DNA of 64,000 bases. It comes from a virus. Lineage: Duplodnaviria; Caudoviricetes. The stretch spans positions 877 through 64,876 of IMG/VR virus record IMGVR_UViG_3300035691_000004; one strand, written 5' to 3'. The position numbers and the translations under genes are program-made. The notes below the pieces were generated by a model that did no database searches, was not told where the DNA came from, and saw nothing but the letters and a program-made list of their open reading frames with translations. Shown one piece after another: positions 28,533-38,046 of the stretch; the stretch's first letter is position 1; every line of letters starts with the position of its first letter.

Positions 28533-29000
28533 ATGACGATGGGCGTCCCTACGCCTGATGAAACGGTGGCCGAGTTCCGAGCTCGGTACCTGTACTCAGG
28601 CAACGCAGCGGCCGTGGGCCGAGAGCTGGAGATTCCCGAGCGGACAGCACGAAAGATTGCTGAGCGGCTCGAGGATGATCCGACTTTTGCCGAAGAGGGC
28701 CGAAAACTACGCGAACGCGCGCTGAGTCGACACGTGGCCATGCGGCTGCGAGTTGCGGAGGTCGCCGCCGAGCGGTTCGAGGACGCGAACGGCGGCATCG
28801 AGGTCAAGCGATTCGGCGGTGAAGATGCGCCGGTCACGATCATCGACAAGCGCGCCGACTACGGCAAGCTCGTGCTCGAGGCCGAGAAGAACGCGCACAA
28901 TCTGGCGCGGTTCGACGCGGAGAAGAGCGGCCAGGTTCAGCCGGAGCGCCACGTAACGATCGAGTTCGTGCCGGCGAAAAAGCCTGATGAGGGCAGCTGA
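28533..29000 (+). CDS. Terminase small subunit
   Basis: N-terminal HTH (AAAVGRELEIPERTARK), directly upstream of terL. Confidence 0.7.
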   Translation: MTMGVPTPDETVAEFRARYLYSGNAAAVGRELEIPERTARKIAERLEDDPTFAEEGRKLRERALSRHVAMRLRVAEVAAERFEDANGGIEVKRFGGEDAPVTIIDKRADYGKLVLEAEKNAHNLARFDAEKSGQVQPERHVTIEFVPAKKPDEGS

Positions 29001-30375
29001 GAAGCTCAAGCTCAGCATCCCGCTCAATGGCCCGCAGCAGACGGCGATTCGCTCGCTCGCTGACGGTCACACGCTTTTCCTCGGTTGGGGCCGCGGCGTC
29101 GGCAAGTCGAAGTTCATTCGGCTGCTGCTCTGGACGCTGGTCGCCAAGCATGAGTGGCAGCTCCGCAAGAATGCGCTGAAGCCGTTCCGCGGCGTCCGCA
29201 TCACGGTGCTGATGCCGACCTTGAAGCAATTCAAGGACGTGCACTGGGGCGGCATCGCCGACGAGCTCGCCAACGAATGGGCCTGGCTCGGCGCGAAGCT
29301 CGACAACCAGACCGGGCAAATCAGTTTCCAGGGCGGCTCTTGGATCAAGCCGTTCCCTGCGAGTGAGTACAACTCGCGAACAGCGCTCGGTCTCCGCACC
29401 GACGTGCTCGTAATCGACGAGTGCGACAGCGTCCCGGCAGGTGTTTACGACGCGGTCGCCGTGCCCTGGCTCTCGGAGCCGTGGTCGCTCGGCATTCAGA
29501 TCCTCGCGGGTACGCCCAACATGGGCCGCCACGGGCTCTGGTGGCGCACGTACCAGCAGGGGCTACTCGGCGAACGGCTTCGCGGTGGAGCGCCGACGCC
29601 TGACGAGCTCGATGCCGATCAGGTCGAGGCGCTCAAAACAGTTTTTGCGTTTCGGGCCACCTACAAGGACGCGCCCGAGACCGTAGGCAGAAAAGCAGTC
29701 GCCAAGGCCAAGGCAACGACGCCGGCCGCGACGTTCAAGCGCGAGTGGGAGGCGGATCCGGATGCCGGTGAGGGGCTGGTCTATCCGTTCGATGATGCAT
29801 TCCACGTTCGGCCAGCGCCGCTCGACAATACCTTCCGAGAGTTCCTCGTTGGTTCCGACTGGGGTTGGGTCGACGCGGGCGTCATGCTCAAGCTCGGCAT
29901 CCAGGGGCACGGGGAAGACGCGATCGTTTGGGTGCTGAAAGAGTTCTACGAATCTGGATGCCCAAATCACGTTTGGGATGAGCGGGCGCGCGATTGGAAC
30001 GCTTGGAAGTTCTGGCCAGACCCTTCGCGCCCAGACCGCATCAACGATCTGCAGCGCGTCGGTGTTCGCTGTGGCGAGCTCGATGCTGACCAGAAAAAGA
30101 TCAGCGGCGGGATCGCTCGAGTGGCTGACCTGTTGTTCATTCGCACGAGCGAGAGCGGCGAGCGCTGGGCGAGGCTGTTCATCACTCCGGAGTGCGTGAA
30201 CACCATCCGCGAGTTTGGCCTTTACCGTCGCAAGAAACTGCCGGACGGAACTTTCGACGAAGAACCCGAAGACAAGAACAACCACACCATGGACGCGCTC
30301 CGTTACGCAGTCGTCGGGCGCTTCGGTGTTCCGCCGCGCACTCGTACCGAGTGGGCAGGCCAGGGCTTCGGATGA
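28987..30375 (+). CDS. terL: Terminase large subunit
   Basis: GRGVGKS Walker A, VLVIDE Walker B, GTP, DWG, NHTMDALRY. Confidence 0.95.
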   Translation: MRAAEKLKLSIPLNGPQQTAIRSLADGHTLFLGWGRGVGKSKFIRLLLWTLVAKHEWQLRKNALKPFRGVRITVLMPTLKQFKDVHWGGIADELANEWAWLGAKLDNQTGQISFQGGSWIKPFPASEYNSRTALGLRTDVLVIDECDSVPAGVYDAVAVPWLSEPWSLGIQILAGTPNMGRHGLWWRTYQQGLLGERLRGGAPTPDELDADQVEALKTVFAFRATYKDAPETVGRKAVAKAKATTPAATFKREWEADPDAGEGLVYPFDDAFHVRPAPLDNTFREFLVGSDWGWVDAGVMLKLGIQGHGEDAIVWVLKEFYESGCPNHVWDERARDWNAWKFWPDPSRPDRINDLQRVGVRCGELDADQKKISGGIARVADLLFIRTSESGERWARLFITPECVNTIREFGLYRRKKLPDGTFDEEPEDKNNHTMDALRYAVVGRFGVPPRTRTEWAGQGFG

Positions 30376-32171
30376 AAACGATCGAGCTCTACGGCGCCGA
30401 GAAGGCGGCCAAGACACTTCAGAACAACCTGACTCCGCGCTACATCGAGCTAGACCAGCTTCAGGCATACGTCGAGGGCCGCCAGTACGCAGGTAAGCCA
30501 CACTGGCTCACGGAAAACGACACGCCGCTGCTCGAGCGCGCGCCGTGCATCGTTGAGCCGGTGGCAGAGAGCGCGATCGAGAGCTACGTCGACCTCGTCT
30601 TTGGGGAAGGCCGCTTTCCGGAGATCACCAGTCACGTCGATGAAGACGGCACGCCTTTCGACGCGCGATTCGGACTGAGCGAAGACGATAGCGCCAAGCT
30701 CGACAAGCTGATCCAGCAGATCAAGCGGCAGGCCGAGGTCGAGGAAGTTTCGAGGGAGGCGCTCGGGCGGGCGATGGGCGAGCGTTCGACGCTCGGAATC
30801 GTCTGTGTCCGCGACGGCAAGCTCGCCGTAGACCTCGAGCGCGCCAAGTGTGCCGCTCCGACGTTCGACGCGAGCCGGCCAAGCGTTGTGCTCAGCGTTG
30901 AAATTCGCTACCCGTATCTCGAGACTTATTTCGACGGGGAGAACAAGCGGTGGGCGCTCCGCTGCATGCTATTTCGGCGCGTCATCGATCAGAAGACCGA
31001 TACGGTATTCAAGCCCATCATTGCCGACGAAAACGGTGAGGACCCCGGGGTCGGCGCCTGGAAGCCGCAGACTGTCGTTGAGCACCGTTTCGGGTTCTGT
31101 CCTGTGGTCTGGTACGCCTACCGCAAGATCGAATCGTCTGAGCGGGGGTTCGATGGCATCGCGATTCACGAGCGGCTGCTCGATGAGATCGACGCGCTGA
31201 ATCGGTCCCTATCCCAGAAGCACCGAGCGGGGCTCGTCTGTGGGGACCCGCAGATCGTAGAGATCGGCGTCGACCCTGACCACAATCCAGCTCCGAGTGG
31301 CAGGCCAGCCGAGCCAATGCGCTCGTTTCCGAACGAGTCGCCGCAAACGAAGGCGCTGAATTCACAATGGCGCACAGCCGGCACAGGCGCCGCCGGCATG
31401 GGACGCCGCAAGGGAGCTGGCGTTGTCTGGCGCTACACGAGCAAGGACTCCAAGGTCGAGTATCTGACGCTGGAGGGTGACGCGCTCGAGGTTCTAGACA
31501 ACGAGTCCAAGTCGCTCCGGAACACGATCGCTGAGGCCATGTCGTGGGTGCGCTCAGATCCGATGAGCATCAACGGTGATGGCAAACGCGGCGTTAGCCT
31601 GAGCGGGATCAGCGGCAAGGCGCTCGCTTGGATGTACAAGCGACAGACCACGCAGTGCGATACGGTTCGCCCCGACGTCTTCAACGGGTGGATTCTGCCG
31701 CTGGTTGATACGCTGCTGCGGGTGGCCCTGGCATACGCTCGGGAGCCAAGTCGCGGCGCTCTCTATCTTCCCGGTATGCAGGAACTGGCGTCGCTGCTCG
31801 ATCGCTTCGAGCAGGACGTGGCTACTTCCGATGGCGTCACCGCAAAGCAGTGGTTTCGCCCGGCGCTATCTCCTCAGTGGCCCCCGTATTTCCAGCCAAC
31901 CGAGGAAGACCAGGCGCGCGTAAGCACCCAGGTCATTGGTGACAAGGAAGCCGGGCTCATCACGTTGCACACTGCGGTCTCCCGCATCAAAGACTTCTAT
32001 CCCGACATCGATAACGTCGAGGACTACATTAAGAGCCTGCAGGACGAGGCGCAGAAACGCGCCGACGACGCACACAAGAAGGCGCTCGAGCTCAAGGCGG
32101 CAACGCCCGCGCAATTCGGCCAGCCTGGTGGCGCGGAGCAGGGCGCAAACGAAAACGAGGGAGCCACATGA
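30372..32171 (+). CDS. Portal protein
   Basis: About 600 aa after terL; HRFGFCPVV motif. Confidence 0.8.
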   Translation: MKTIELYGAEKAAKTLQNNLTPRYIELDQLQAYVEGRQYAGKPHWLTENDTPLLERAPCIVEPVAESAIESYVDLVFGEGRFPEITSHVDEDGTPFDARFGLSEDDSAKLDKLIQQIKRQAEVEEVSREALGRAMGERSTLGIVCVRDGKLAVDLERAKCAAPTFDASRPSVVLSVEIRYPYLETYFDGENKRWALRCMLFRRVIDQKTDTVFKPIIADENGEDPGVGAWKPQTVVEHRFGFCPVVWYAYRKIESSERGFDGIAIHERLLDEIDALNRSLSQKHRAGLVCGDPQIVEIGVDPDHNPAPSGRPAEPMRSFPNESPQTKALNSQWRTAGTGAAGMGRRKGAGVVWRYTSKDSKVEYLTLEGDALEVLDNESKSLRNTIAEAMSWVRSDPMSINGDGKRGVSLSGISGKALAWMYKRQTTQCDTVRPDVFNGWILPLVDTLLRVALAYAREPSRGALYLPGMQELASLLDRFEQDVATSDGVTAKQWFRPALSPQWPPYFQPTEEDQARVSTQVIGDKEAGLITLHTAVSRIKDFYPDIDNVEDYIKSLQDEAQKRADDAHKKALELKAATPAQFGQPGGAEQGANENEGAT

Positions 32172-32548
32172 TCTGTGCAGCTTGTCAGGAAAACGTGCAC
32201 CCGGTGCAGGAACTGCAGGTCAACGGGCGTGGGTTCAGCAACCGTTGCCCGCGAGTCGAGTGCGGTGCGCCGATGCCGGTTGTCGAGCCGCGTGACGTTC
32301 AGGCTGATGGCTCGGTGAATGCCGCTGTTCGCGAGCCAGGACCCAGCCCGCGCGCGTTGGCGGTCGCTGCTGCTCCCGTGAGCGTGATCGTGGAGCAGCC
32401 GGCCGTGGCTTCTCTGGATATCCTGGGTTCCGCTCGTGCGCGCCTATCCACGATCGAGCAACAGTTGGCGAGCGTCGACAAGCTGCAAGCGGAAGCGCGC
32501 CGCCTTCGCGCGATGATCGCCGCCGCCGAAGCTGCTGAGTCAAACTGA
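32168..32548 (+). CDS. Hypothetical protein (Zn ribbon plus coiled coil)
   Basis: Coupled to portal. Confidence 0.55.
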   Translation: MICAACQENVHPVQELQVNGRGFSNRCPRVECGAPMPVVEPRDVQADGSVNAAVREPGPSPRALAVAAAPVSVIVEQPAVASLDILGSARARLSTIEQQLASVDKLQAEARRLRAMIAAAEAAESN

Positions 32549-33117
32549 TGGCCGAAACTGGTCAGGTTCTTAGCCGGGTCACGAACCCGAATTTGCAGAG
32601 CGCCGAATCGGGAGTAACGCGGTGGCGCTTGGTCAGCCTCACGGCGACCAACTACCTCGCACAGATCGCGGCTGGCTCTGCGATCAACTCAACCGGTCCG
32701 TTCACGGCGTTCTCACCCACGCGCCTGCCGCAGATCGTTCTCGGCGGCGGCGGCGCTAACCCAGTCGTATATACGATCACCGGCACGTCGATCGACACTG
32801 GCGCCGTAATCACCGACACGGTCACCGCGACCGGTCCTGGCACGTACGCCGCAAGCAAGCCGTTCGCTACGATCACACGCCTGCAGAGCGACGTGAACCC
32901 AGCGGGGACAACTGACCTTCAGGCCGGAGACACCTGGGTCAATCCGTCCGCGCGCTGCCTGCATGTTGGGACAACCGCCGGGGCAGTCGCGATGCAGTGC
33001 GAAGAGGACGCCGCAGTGCAGACCATTCCAGGCGTGCAGCTTGGCGATAGCCCTTACCGGGTGAAGCGCATCAACATCACGAACACCGCAGCCGCGGGCT
33101 TGGTCCTCGGCTGGTAA
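32548..33117 (+). CDS. Probable virion structural protein
   Basis: Thr/Gly/Ala-rich, head operon. Confidence 0.6.
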   Translation: MAETGQVLSRVTNPNLQSAESGVTRWRLVSLTATNYLAQIAAGSAINSTGPFTAFSPTRLPQIVLGGGGANPVVYTITGTSIDTGAVITDTVTATGPGTYAASKPFATITRLQSDVNPAGTTDLQAGDTWVNPSARCLHVGTTAGAVAMQCEEDAAVQTIPGVQLGDSPYRVKRINITNTAAAGLVLGW

Positions 33118-33132
33118 TCGGAGAATCACATC

Positions 33133-33543
33133 ATGGCCGTAGTCGTTGGCTCTGTTCAGGAAGCTTTTGGTTTCACCGAGGCCGTTGGCCCCTCGCTGCA
33201 GGTCGTCAGTTCTGCAAAAAAGGTTCAGCACTGCTTCGTCACCGTGATTTGGCCAACCGGCACCTATGCCCAGGCCGATGACGCGAACTTCGCGCCCGCC
33301 ACCGTCATTCAAAACGAGCGGCGCAACAACAAGACCATCACAATCCTGCAGGCGGCGTTCGTGTCGCCCGGGGACGAGAACGGGGCAACGGTGGGCGCCG
33401 GGGCCTGCTCGAACAGCGCCGGCACGATTACGTGCCCGTTGATTCAGGCCGACATGTCGACCGAGCGAGCGAACGGCGCGGTCAGCGCCACGTGGAACCG
33501 CCCGATCACGTTCTGCGTGTCGTACTACGAATCGATCGCCTGA
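33133..33543 (+). CDS. Probable virion/decoration protein
   Basis: GGAG SD, head operon. Confidence 0.6.
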   Translation: MAVVVGSVQEAFGFTEAVGPSLQVVSSAKKVQHCFVTVIWPTGTYAQADDANFAPATVIQNERRNNKTITILQAAFVSPGDENGATVGAGACSNSAGTITCPLIQADMSTERANGAVSATWNRPITFCVSYYESIA

Positions 33544-33555
33544 GGGTAGCCGCCG

Positions 33556-33834
33556 ATGGCCCTCGACATTGCGCCCGTCGAGGGCTTCGTCGCGCTCCAG
33601 ATCGTTGATGACGAGACGGAGGAAGAGCGCGAGCTACGCAAGAATCGAGACTATCCGTCCGATTCTTACAACGAGGCAATCTACGCAATTGTCGTCGGTG
33701 TCGGGCCCAAAGCCCCAGCCGGCGTGAAGAAGGGCGCAACCGTGCTCGTGCGCAAGTACGCGCGGGATGGATTGAGGATCGATGACGATACGGTGCTGGT
33801 CGAGACCTATTGCATCGCTGCCGTTGTGAAATAG
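33556..33834 (+). CDS. GroES/Cpn10-like co-chaperonin
   Basis: 92 aa; IAP....VAL, AIVVGVGP, VKKGATVLVRKY, IAAVVK match the Cpn10 pattern. Confidence 0.75.
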   Translation: MALDIAPVEGFVALQIVDDETEEERELRKNRDYPSDSYNEAIYAIVVGVGPKAPAGVKKGATVLVRKYARDGLRIDDDTVLVETYCIAAVVK

Positions 33835-33895
33835 CGGGCAATACCCGCACTCCAATACGCGACGCCGGCGGTTAATCGGGCGAACTGGAGAGCAC

Positions 33896-34600
33896 ATGTT
33901 TAGACCTCGAATGCACTTCGCTGCAGAAGCCGAAGGTGCGCTTGGCGGCGCAGCGGTCGCCCCCGCGCCGGCCCCTGTTGTTGTGCCGGCCGCCCCCGTC
34001 ACCGCTGCTCCGGCAGCGCCGGTGGTCGCCGAACCGAACGCTGATCCGAATTGGCTGCGTCCTAGGCTCGAGCGCGAGCGCTCATCGGCGCAAACCGCGC
34101 TGCTCAAGGAGCTTGGCGTAACCGACGCTGCGCAGGCCAAGCAGATCATCGCTGAGGCCAACAAGCGCGCCGAGGCCGAGCGATCGGCGAGCGAAAGGCT
34201 GACTGCGGCGGAGGCAGCTCGCGTCCAAGCAGAGCAGCAGGCCAACGAATACCGCGCGAGCCTCGCTGTCTATGCCGGCCAACAAATGGCGGCGCTCACG
34301 CCAGAGCGGCGAGCCGTGATCGAGAAGCGCGCGGGAGCCGATCCCGCTGCGCAGATCTCACTCATCGCCGACTTTGGGCCGACGTGGGGAATCCCCGTCG
34401 CACCGGTCGTGCCAGCGCCAATACCGGCACCTGGCTCGAGCGCGCCAGTTGGCGGCGCACCTCCTCCGCCGAACCCGAACCCGCAACCCAATCACCTCGC
34501 CACGTACGAGGGACTGCTGAAGACCAACCCGGTCGCGGCGGCCAACTACCAACTCTCCCACTGGGCGGAAATCCAGCAGGCCAGAACTCCGCGCGCGTGA
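33896..34600 (+). CDS. Capsid scaffolding protein
   Basis: Pro/Ala-rich ends, coiled coil, upstream of capsid gene. Confidence 0.7.
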   Translation: MFRPRMHFAAEAEGALGGAAVAPAPAPVVVPAAPVTAAPAAPVVAEPNADPNWLRPRLERERSSAQTALLKELGVTDAAQAKQIIAEANKRAEAERSASERLTAAEAARVQAEQQANEYRASLAVYAGQQMAALTPERRAVIEKRAGADPAAQISLIADFGPTWGIPVAPVVPAPIPAPGSSAPVGGAPPPPNPNPQPNHLATYEGLLKTNPVAAANYQLSHWAEIQQARTPRA

Positions 34601-34641
34601 TCGCTCTGCGAGCTAGCGCGCCCGACAAATAGGAAGAAACC

Positions 34642-35745
34642 ATGACTCAAGTACAGCGCGCGACGCTCCCTCAGGAGTTTTTCGACATCACTTCTGCGGC
34701 TCTGCTCGTGCAGCCCGAGCCGATGTATCTGCACTCTCGGCTGATCAAGATGGCGCTTTCCGCGTCGTTCGACGTCGGCAACATGCTCGGACTGCCCATG
34801 CCGGAGCGCCAGTTTGGTGGGCTCGGCGCGAACTACCAGACGAACCCGGAAGATGGCCGCCTGATGCTGAGTGATGGGCTCTACGACCAATCCGTGGTGG
34901 TGGTACCTGAGCTCGGCAAGAGCCCCGGCCACACGGTGCGAATCAACCGCCCGAGCTTCGCGAATACCACCTACACGCAGGCCTCACGCGAAGTGCCGAG
35001 CGGCACCACGATTTCGACGGTGCCGATCGCGGTCGGAAGCGAGCAGACCTCATGCACGCTCCGCCGCTTCGCTGGTCCGTACGACCAGACCAACTCGCGC
35101 GTTGCGCCGTTTGGCATTGATCGCTTCGACGGCAGCGTCATGCTGCACCGCCCCGCTCAGATCACTGGCCTGAACCTCAAGCGCGATTTCGATCGCACGC
35201 TCGACACGTTCGGCGTCAAGCTGTTCGACAACGCGAACTTGATCGTTCGCCCGAACGGCATGTCGAGCGACAATACGCCGGCAACCGCGGGGGACTATCC
35301 GTTCTCGTGGAGCTTGATGCAGAGCGCGGAGCGACAGCTCGACGACGCCAGCATTCCGTATTTCCCGAACGGGAAGCGCTTGATGGTGCTGCATCCAACA
35401 CAGGCCGAGCAGCTGTCAAACGACCCGGTGTTCCAGCGCATGGCTCGCTACGACAACAGCATGAACCCGCTGTTTCGCGGCACGTACTACAACAGCATCG
35501 GCACCTGGGACATCTTCAAGAGTTCGACGCTCACCACGACCACGTCGTCCAGCGGGTCTCAGCCCACCGTGTACTACGGCCAGGCATTCGGCCCGGGCGC
35601 GGTCGGCGCCGGCGCCGGCGACATGCCGCGCACGGCCTACAACACGCAGGACAACTACGGCGAAACCGCTCTCGTGATCTGGCTCTGGTACGCGGGTTTC
35701 GAGGTCCTCGACAACCGCTTCATTGCCCGTCTCACCACGTCCTGA
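34642..35745 (+). CDS. Major capsid protein
   Basis: 367 aa after scaffold; VLHPTQ and DNYG...W...GF C-terminus. Confidence 0.8.
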   Translation: MTQVQRATLPQEFFDITSAALLVQPEPMYLHSRLIKMALSASFDVGNMLGLPMPERQFGGLGANYQTNPEDGRLMLSDGLYDQSVVVVPELGKSPGHTVRINRPSFANTTYTQASREVPSGTTISTVPIAVGSEQTSCTLRRFAGPYDQTNSRVAPFGIDRFDGSVMLHRPAQITGLNLKRDFDRTLDTFGVKLFDNANLIVRPNGMSSDNTPATAGDYPFSWSLMQSAERQLDDASIPYFPNGKRLMVLHPTQAEQLSNDPVFQRMARYDNSMNPLFRGTYYNSIGTWDIFKSSTLTTTTSSSGSQPTVYYGQAFGPGAVGAGAGDMPRTAYNTQDNYGETALVIWLWYAGFEVLDNRFIARLTTS

Positions 35746-35754
35746 GGAGGACCC

Positions 35755-36177
35755 ATGGCCAGCAACGCCAGACTCAGAAACGCACAGCAGGCGACCGACC
35801 TGACGCTGAACGGCGTAACCGCCACCAGCGTCGCAGCGGGACCCACCCTGCTGATGTCGAACGTCGAAAAGGGCACACTCAGCGCCAAGACGGTTACTAC
35901 CGCCGAGACCAATACGATCACGCTCACCGTGATCTGGGAGGTTTCGGACGACGCCACGACCTGGGTGCGTGTGAAGAACTTCACCAACACCGCGCCGACC
36001 GTGGTCGGTACCGGCACCGCAGGTGCCGACTCTGCGGTCACCCAACAGAACGACGCGCCCTCGGCCGTATACGGCAAGCGCTATGCACGGTGCTCGATCC
36101 TCGTCGGTGTTACCACCGGCGCATCGAGCGATCTCGCAAACGTCTCATACGACTACGTGCAAGATCAGGGCTTCTAA
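35755..36177 (+). CDS. Probable head decoration protein
   Basis: GAGGAGG SD, Thr-rich. Confidence 0.6.
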   Translation: MASNARLRNAQQATDLTLNGVTATSVAAGPTLLMSNVEKGTLSAKTVTTAETNTITLTVIWEVSDDATTWVRVKNFTNTAPTVVGTGTAGADSAVTQQNDAPSAVYGKRYARCSILVGVTTGASSDLANVSYDYVQDQGF

Positions 36178-36183
36178 ACGCGC

Positions 36184-36789
36184 ATGGCGCTTCTCGATTC
36201 GGAGCTCCAGCGGATCCGCTTCGAGACCGGCTACAATGTTCTGAGCGCTGGCGCTGAGCCGTACGTAAGCTACGTCGCGATCTTCGACGTAGTTGTGCGC
36301 ACGTATCTCAACGCTGGCGCAAAGACTACGAGCTCGACCGCCATCTCAGCGTCGACAACGCCAGCGCTGGTATCTCTAACTCTGGCTAGCGCGGCGGGCT
36401 TCTCGGCTGGTGATCGTGTCTACCTCGATGTCGACGCTCGCCAGGAGTCAGCCATCGTAGAGACGGTTTCGGGCTCCGCGATCACACTGGCGCTCTCGCT
36501 TGCCCACTCCGGGACATATCCGGTTACCGTCGAGGGCGGTGAGGCAATCGTGCGCGAGTGCCTCCGAGACATCCTCGACGCCAAGCAGCGGGCGCGATCC
36601 TGGGGCGGAACAGGCGCGCTCAAGAAGGTAGACGAGGTCGAATTTTATCCTGGCACCGACGGGAAAACCGCCTTTGCCATGGCCGAGTCTGACCTGATGC
36701 TATTGCGCGACCGACTCTGTAGCGCGCTCGGGGTCACAAATCTGTGGCGTGTCCGGGCTGGCGCGGGGCTGTCCATTTCCTCTTACTAG
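36184..36789 (+). CDS. Head-tail adaptor
   Basis: Synteny; KKVDEVEFY. Confidence 0.6.
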   Translation: MALLDSELQRIRFETGYNVLSAGAEPYVSYVAIFDVVVRTYLNAGAKTTSSTAISASTTPALVSLTLASAAGFSAGDRVYLDVDARQESAIVETVSGSAITLALSLAHSGTYPVTVEGGEAIVRECLRDILDAKQRARSWGGTGALKKVDEVEFYPGTDGKTAFAMAESDLMLLRDRLCSALGVTNLWRVRAGAGLSISSY

Positions 36790-36791
36790 CC

Positions 36792-36869
36792 ATGCCCACC
36801 CTAGCCGAATCCCTCCGCCCGCTCGTCTCGAGCATCAGGGCGATCCCGGGGCAGATGGGGACTAGTTGA
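36792..36869 (+). pseudogene. Orphaned 5' stub of the 37609 gene (MPTLAESLRPLVSSIRAIPGQMGTS*)
   Basis: 14 of 23 aa identical to the N-terminus of 37609..38046. Confidence 0.8.
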
Positions 36870-36887
36870 AGGTATGCTTATCGCGTT

Positions 36888-37682
36888 ATGGCGATAGCAA
36901 AGGACAGAGATAGACCGTGCACTAGCTGCGGCATGAGCAGCCCGGACGCCTCTTTCTCCAGCAAGCCGGACGGGCATAGGTGCTCGAGATGCAGGGCGTG
37001 CAAAGCCAGAGACGCGAGCGCTAGGCGCGCTGCAAATCCGGAGAAATCCCGAGCAGCTAAGAAGCGCTGGCGAGAACGCCACCCGGATCGGGTACGCGCG
37101 GAGGAACGGAATCGCAAGAGGCGCACTCGACAAGTTTTACCAGGATTTCGAAGGGGCTCATCAGTCGATACCCCAGGAATTCTGCTTTGCGCCGGATGCA
37201 AGCGAGCCCTCCAGAGCAACGACTTTGCGCGCAACTCGAAGAAGAAGAGGGGGCGGCAAAGTCGTTGCAGATCCTGCCAAGCGGCAGACCGCGCACTACG
37301 ATTGGACCGCGAGCGAGAGACCAAAAGGGCTTGGCGCGCCAAGAATAAAGCGCTCACCAACGCGGCTGCTGCACGTAGGCGTGCAGCCTTGCGCGTTGGG
37401 CCCTGCGTGGCGATTGACGCAAAAGCCATAAGAGAGCGCTTCTTAGTTTTTGGCAATCTCTGCGCATATTGCGGTTCCGCAGAGAAGCTCAGCATCGATC
37501 ATGTAAAGCCGCTCGCGCGTGGCGGACTCCATATCCTCGCAAACATTCGACCAGCGTGTCGCTCCTGCAACTGCAGGAAGCGCGACATGGCACCAAAGGA
37601 ATGGTTAGATGCCATCGTTCGCGGAAAGCCTGCGGCCAATGATCAGCTCCGTGAGGTCATTGCCGGGAATTCTCGGACTTAG
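36888..37682 (+). CDS. HNH endonuclease 3 (Zn-ribbon repeats plus McrA-like HNH)
   Basis: CAYCG..SIDHVKPLARGG..NIRPACRSCN. Confidence 0.92.
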   Translation: MAIAKDRDRPCTSCGMSSPDASFSSKPDGHRCSRCRACKARDASARRAANPEKSRAAKKRWRERHPDRVRAEERNRKRRTRQVLPGFRRGSSVDTPGILLCAGCKRALQSNDFARNSKKKRGRQSRCRSCQAADRALRLDRERETKRAWRAKNKALTNAAAARRRAALRVGPCVAIDAKAIRERFLVFGNLCAYCGSAEKLSIDHVKPLARGGLHILANIRPACRSCNCRKRDMAPKEWLDAIVRGKPAANDQLREVIAGNSRT

Positions 37683-38046
37683 GCCTTACAGCGCCTCGAT
37701 CATCACCGGTGCATGGTCGGGCTCAGCCACCGGCAGCGGCGCCGAGACCACGACGACGATCGCGCTCACCGAAGGCAACGGCCAGCCCTGCAAGGTTCGC
37801 TGGCTCAACTCCGAAGAGCTGGCGGTCGGAGACCTCCAGAAGGGCACGATCGAGATCGGCCCCATCACGCCAGGCCCAGGCGGCAACAACCTGCTCTCGC
37901 AGATTCACCCGGCGCTCAGCGCTGGCCAGACGATTCACGTGCTCGTGAACGGTCCCGACCTCGGGACCGCGAAGTTCGAGATCACTTCGTTCAACGCGGA
38001 CCACGCGCTGCACTACACGATTCAGGCGAAGCCAGTAGGAACGTGA
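37609..38046 (+). CDS. Head-closure/neck protein
   Basis: Synteny; AAGGA SD lies inside the HNH3 gene. Confidence 0.65.
   Translation: MPSFAESLRPMISSVRSLPGILGLRPYSASIITGAWSGSATGSGAETTTTIALTEGNGQPCKVRWLNSEELAVGDLQKGTIEIGPITPGPGGNNLLSQIHPALSAGQTIHVLVNGPDLGTAKFEITSFNADHALHYTIQAKPVGT

Noticed and set aside
33896-33940. Prp-protease cleavage motif at the scaffold N-terminus (MHFAAE)
   Set aside because: Only a loose resemblance to the Firmicutes LQFFA motif, and the host appears unrelated
36860-37680. Group I intron or IS element around HNH3 or HNH4
   Set aside because: The ORFs fill almost the whole inserts, leaving no room for a ribozyme core; no transposase or terminal inverted repeats seen. 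Splicing is not formally excluded without RT-PCR
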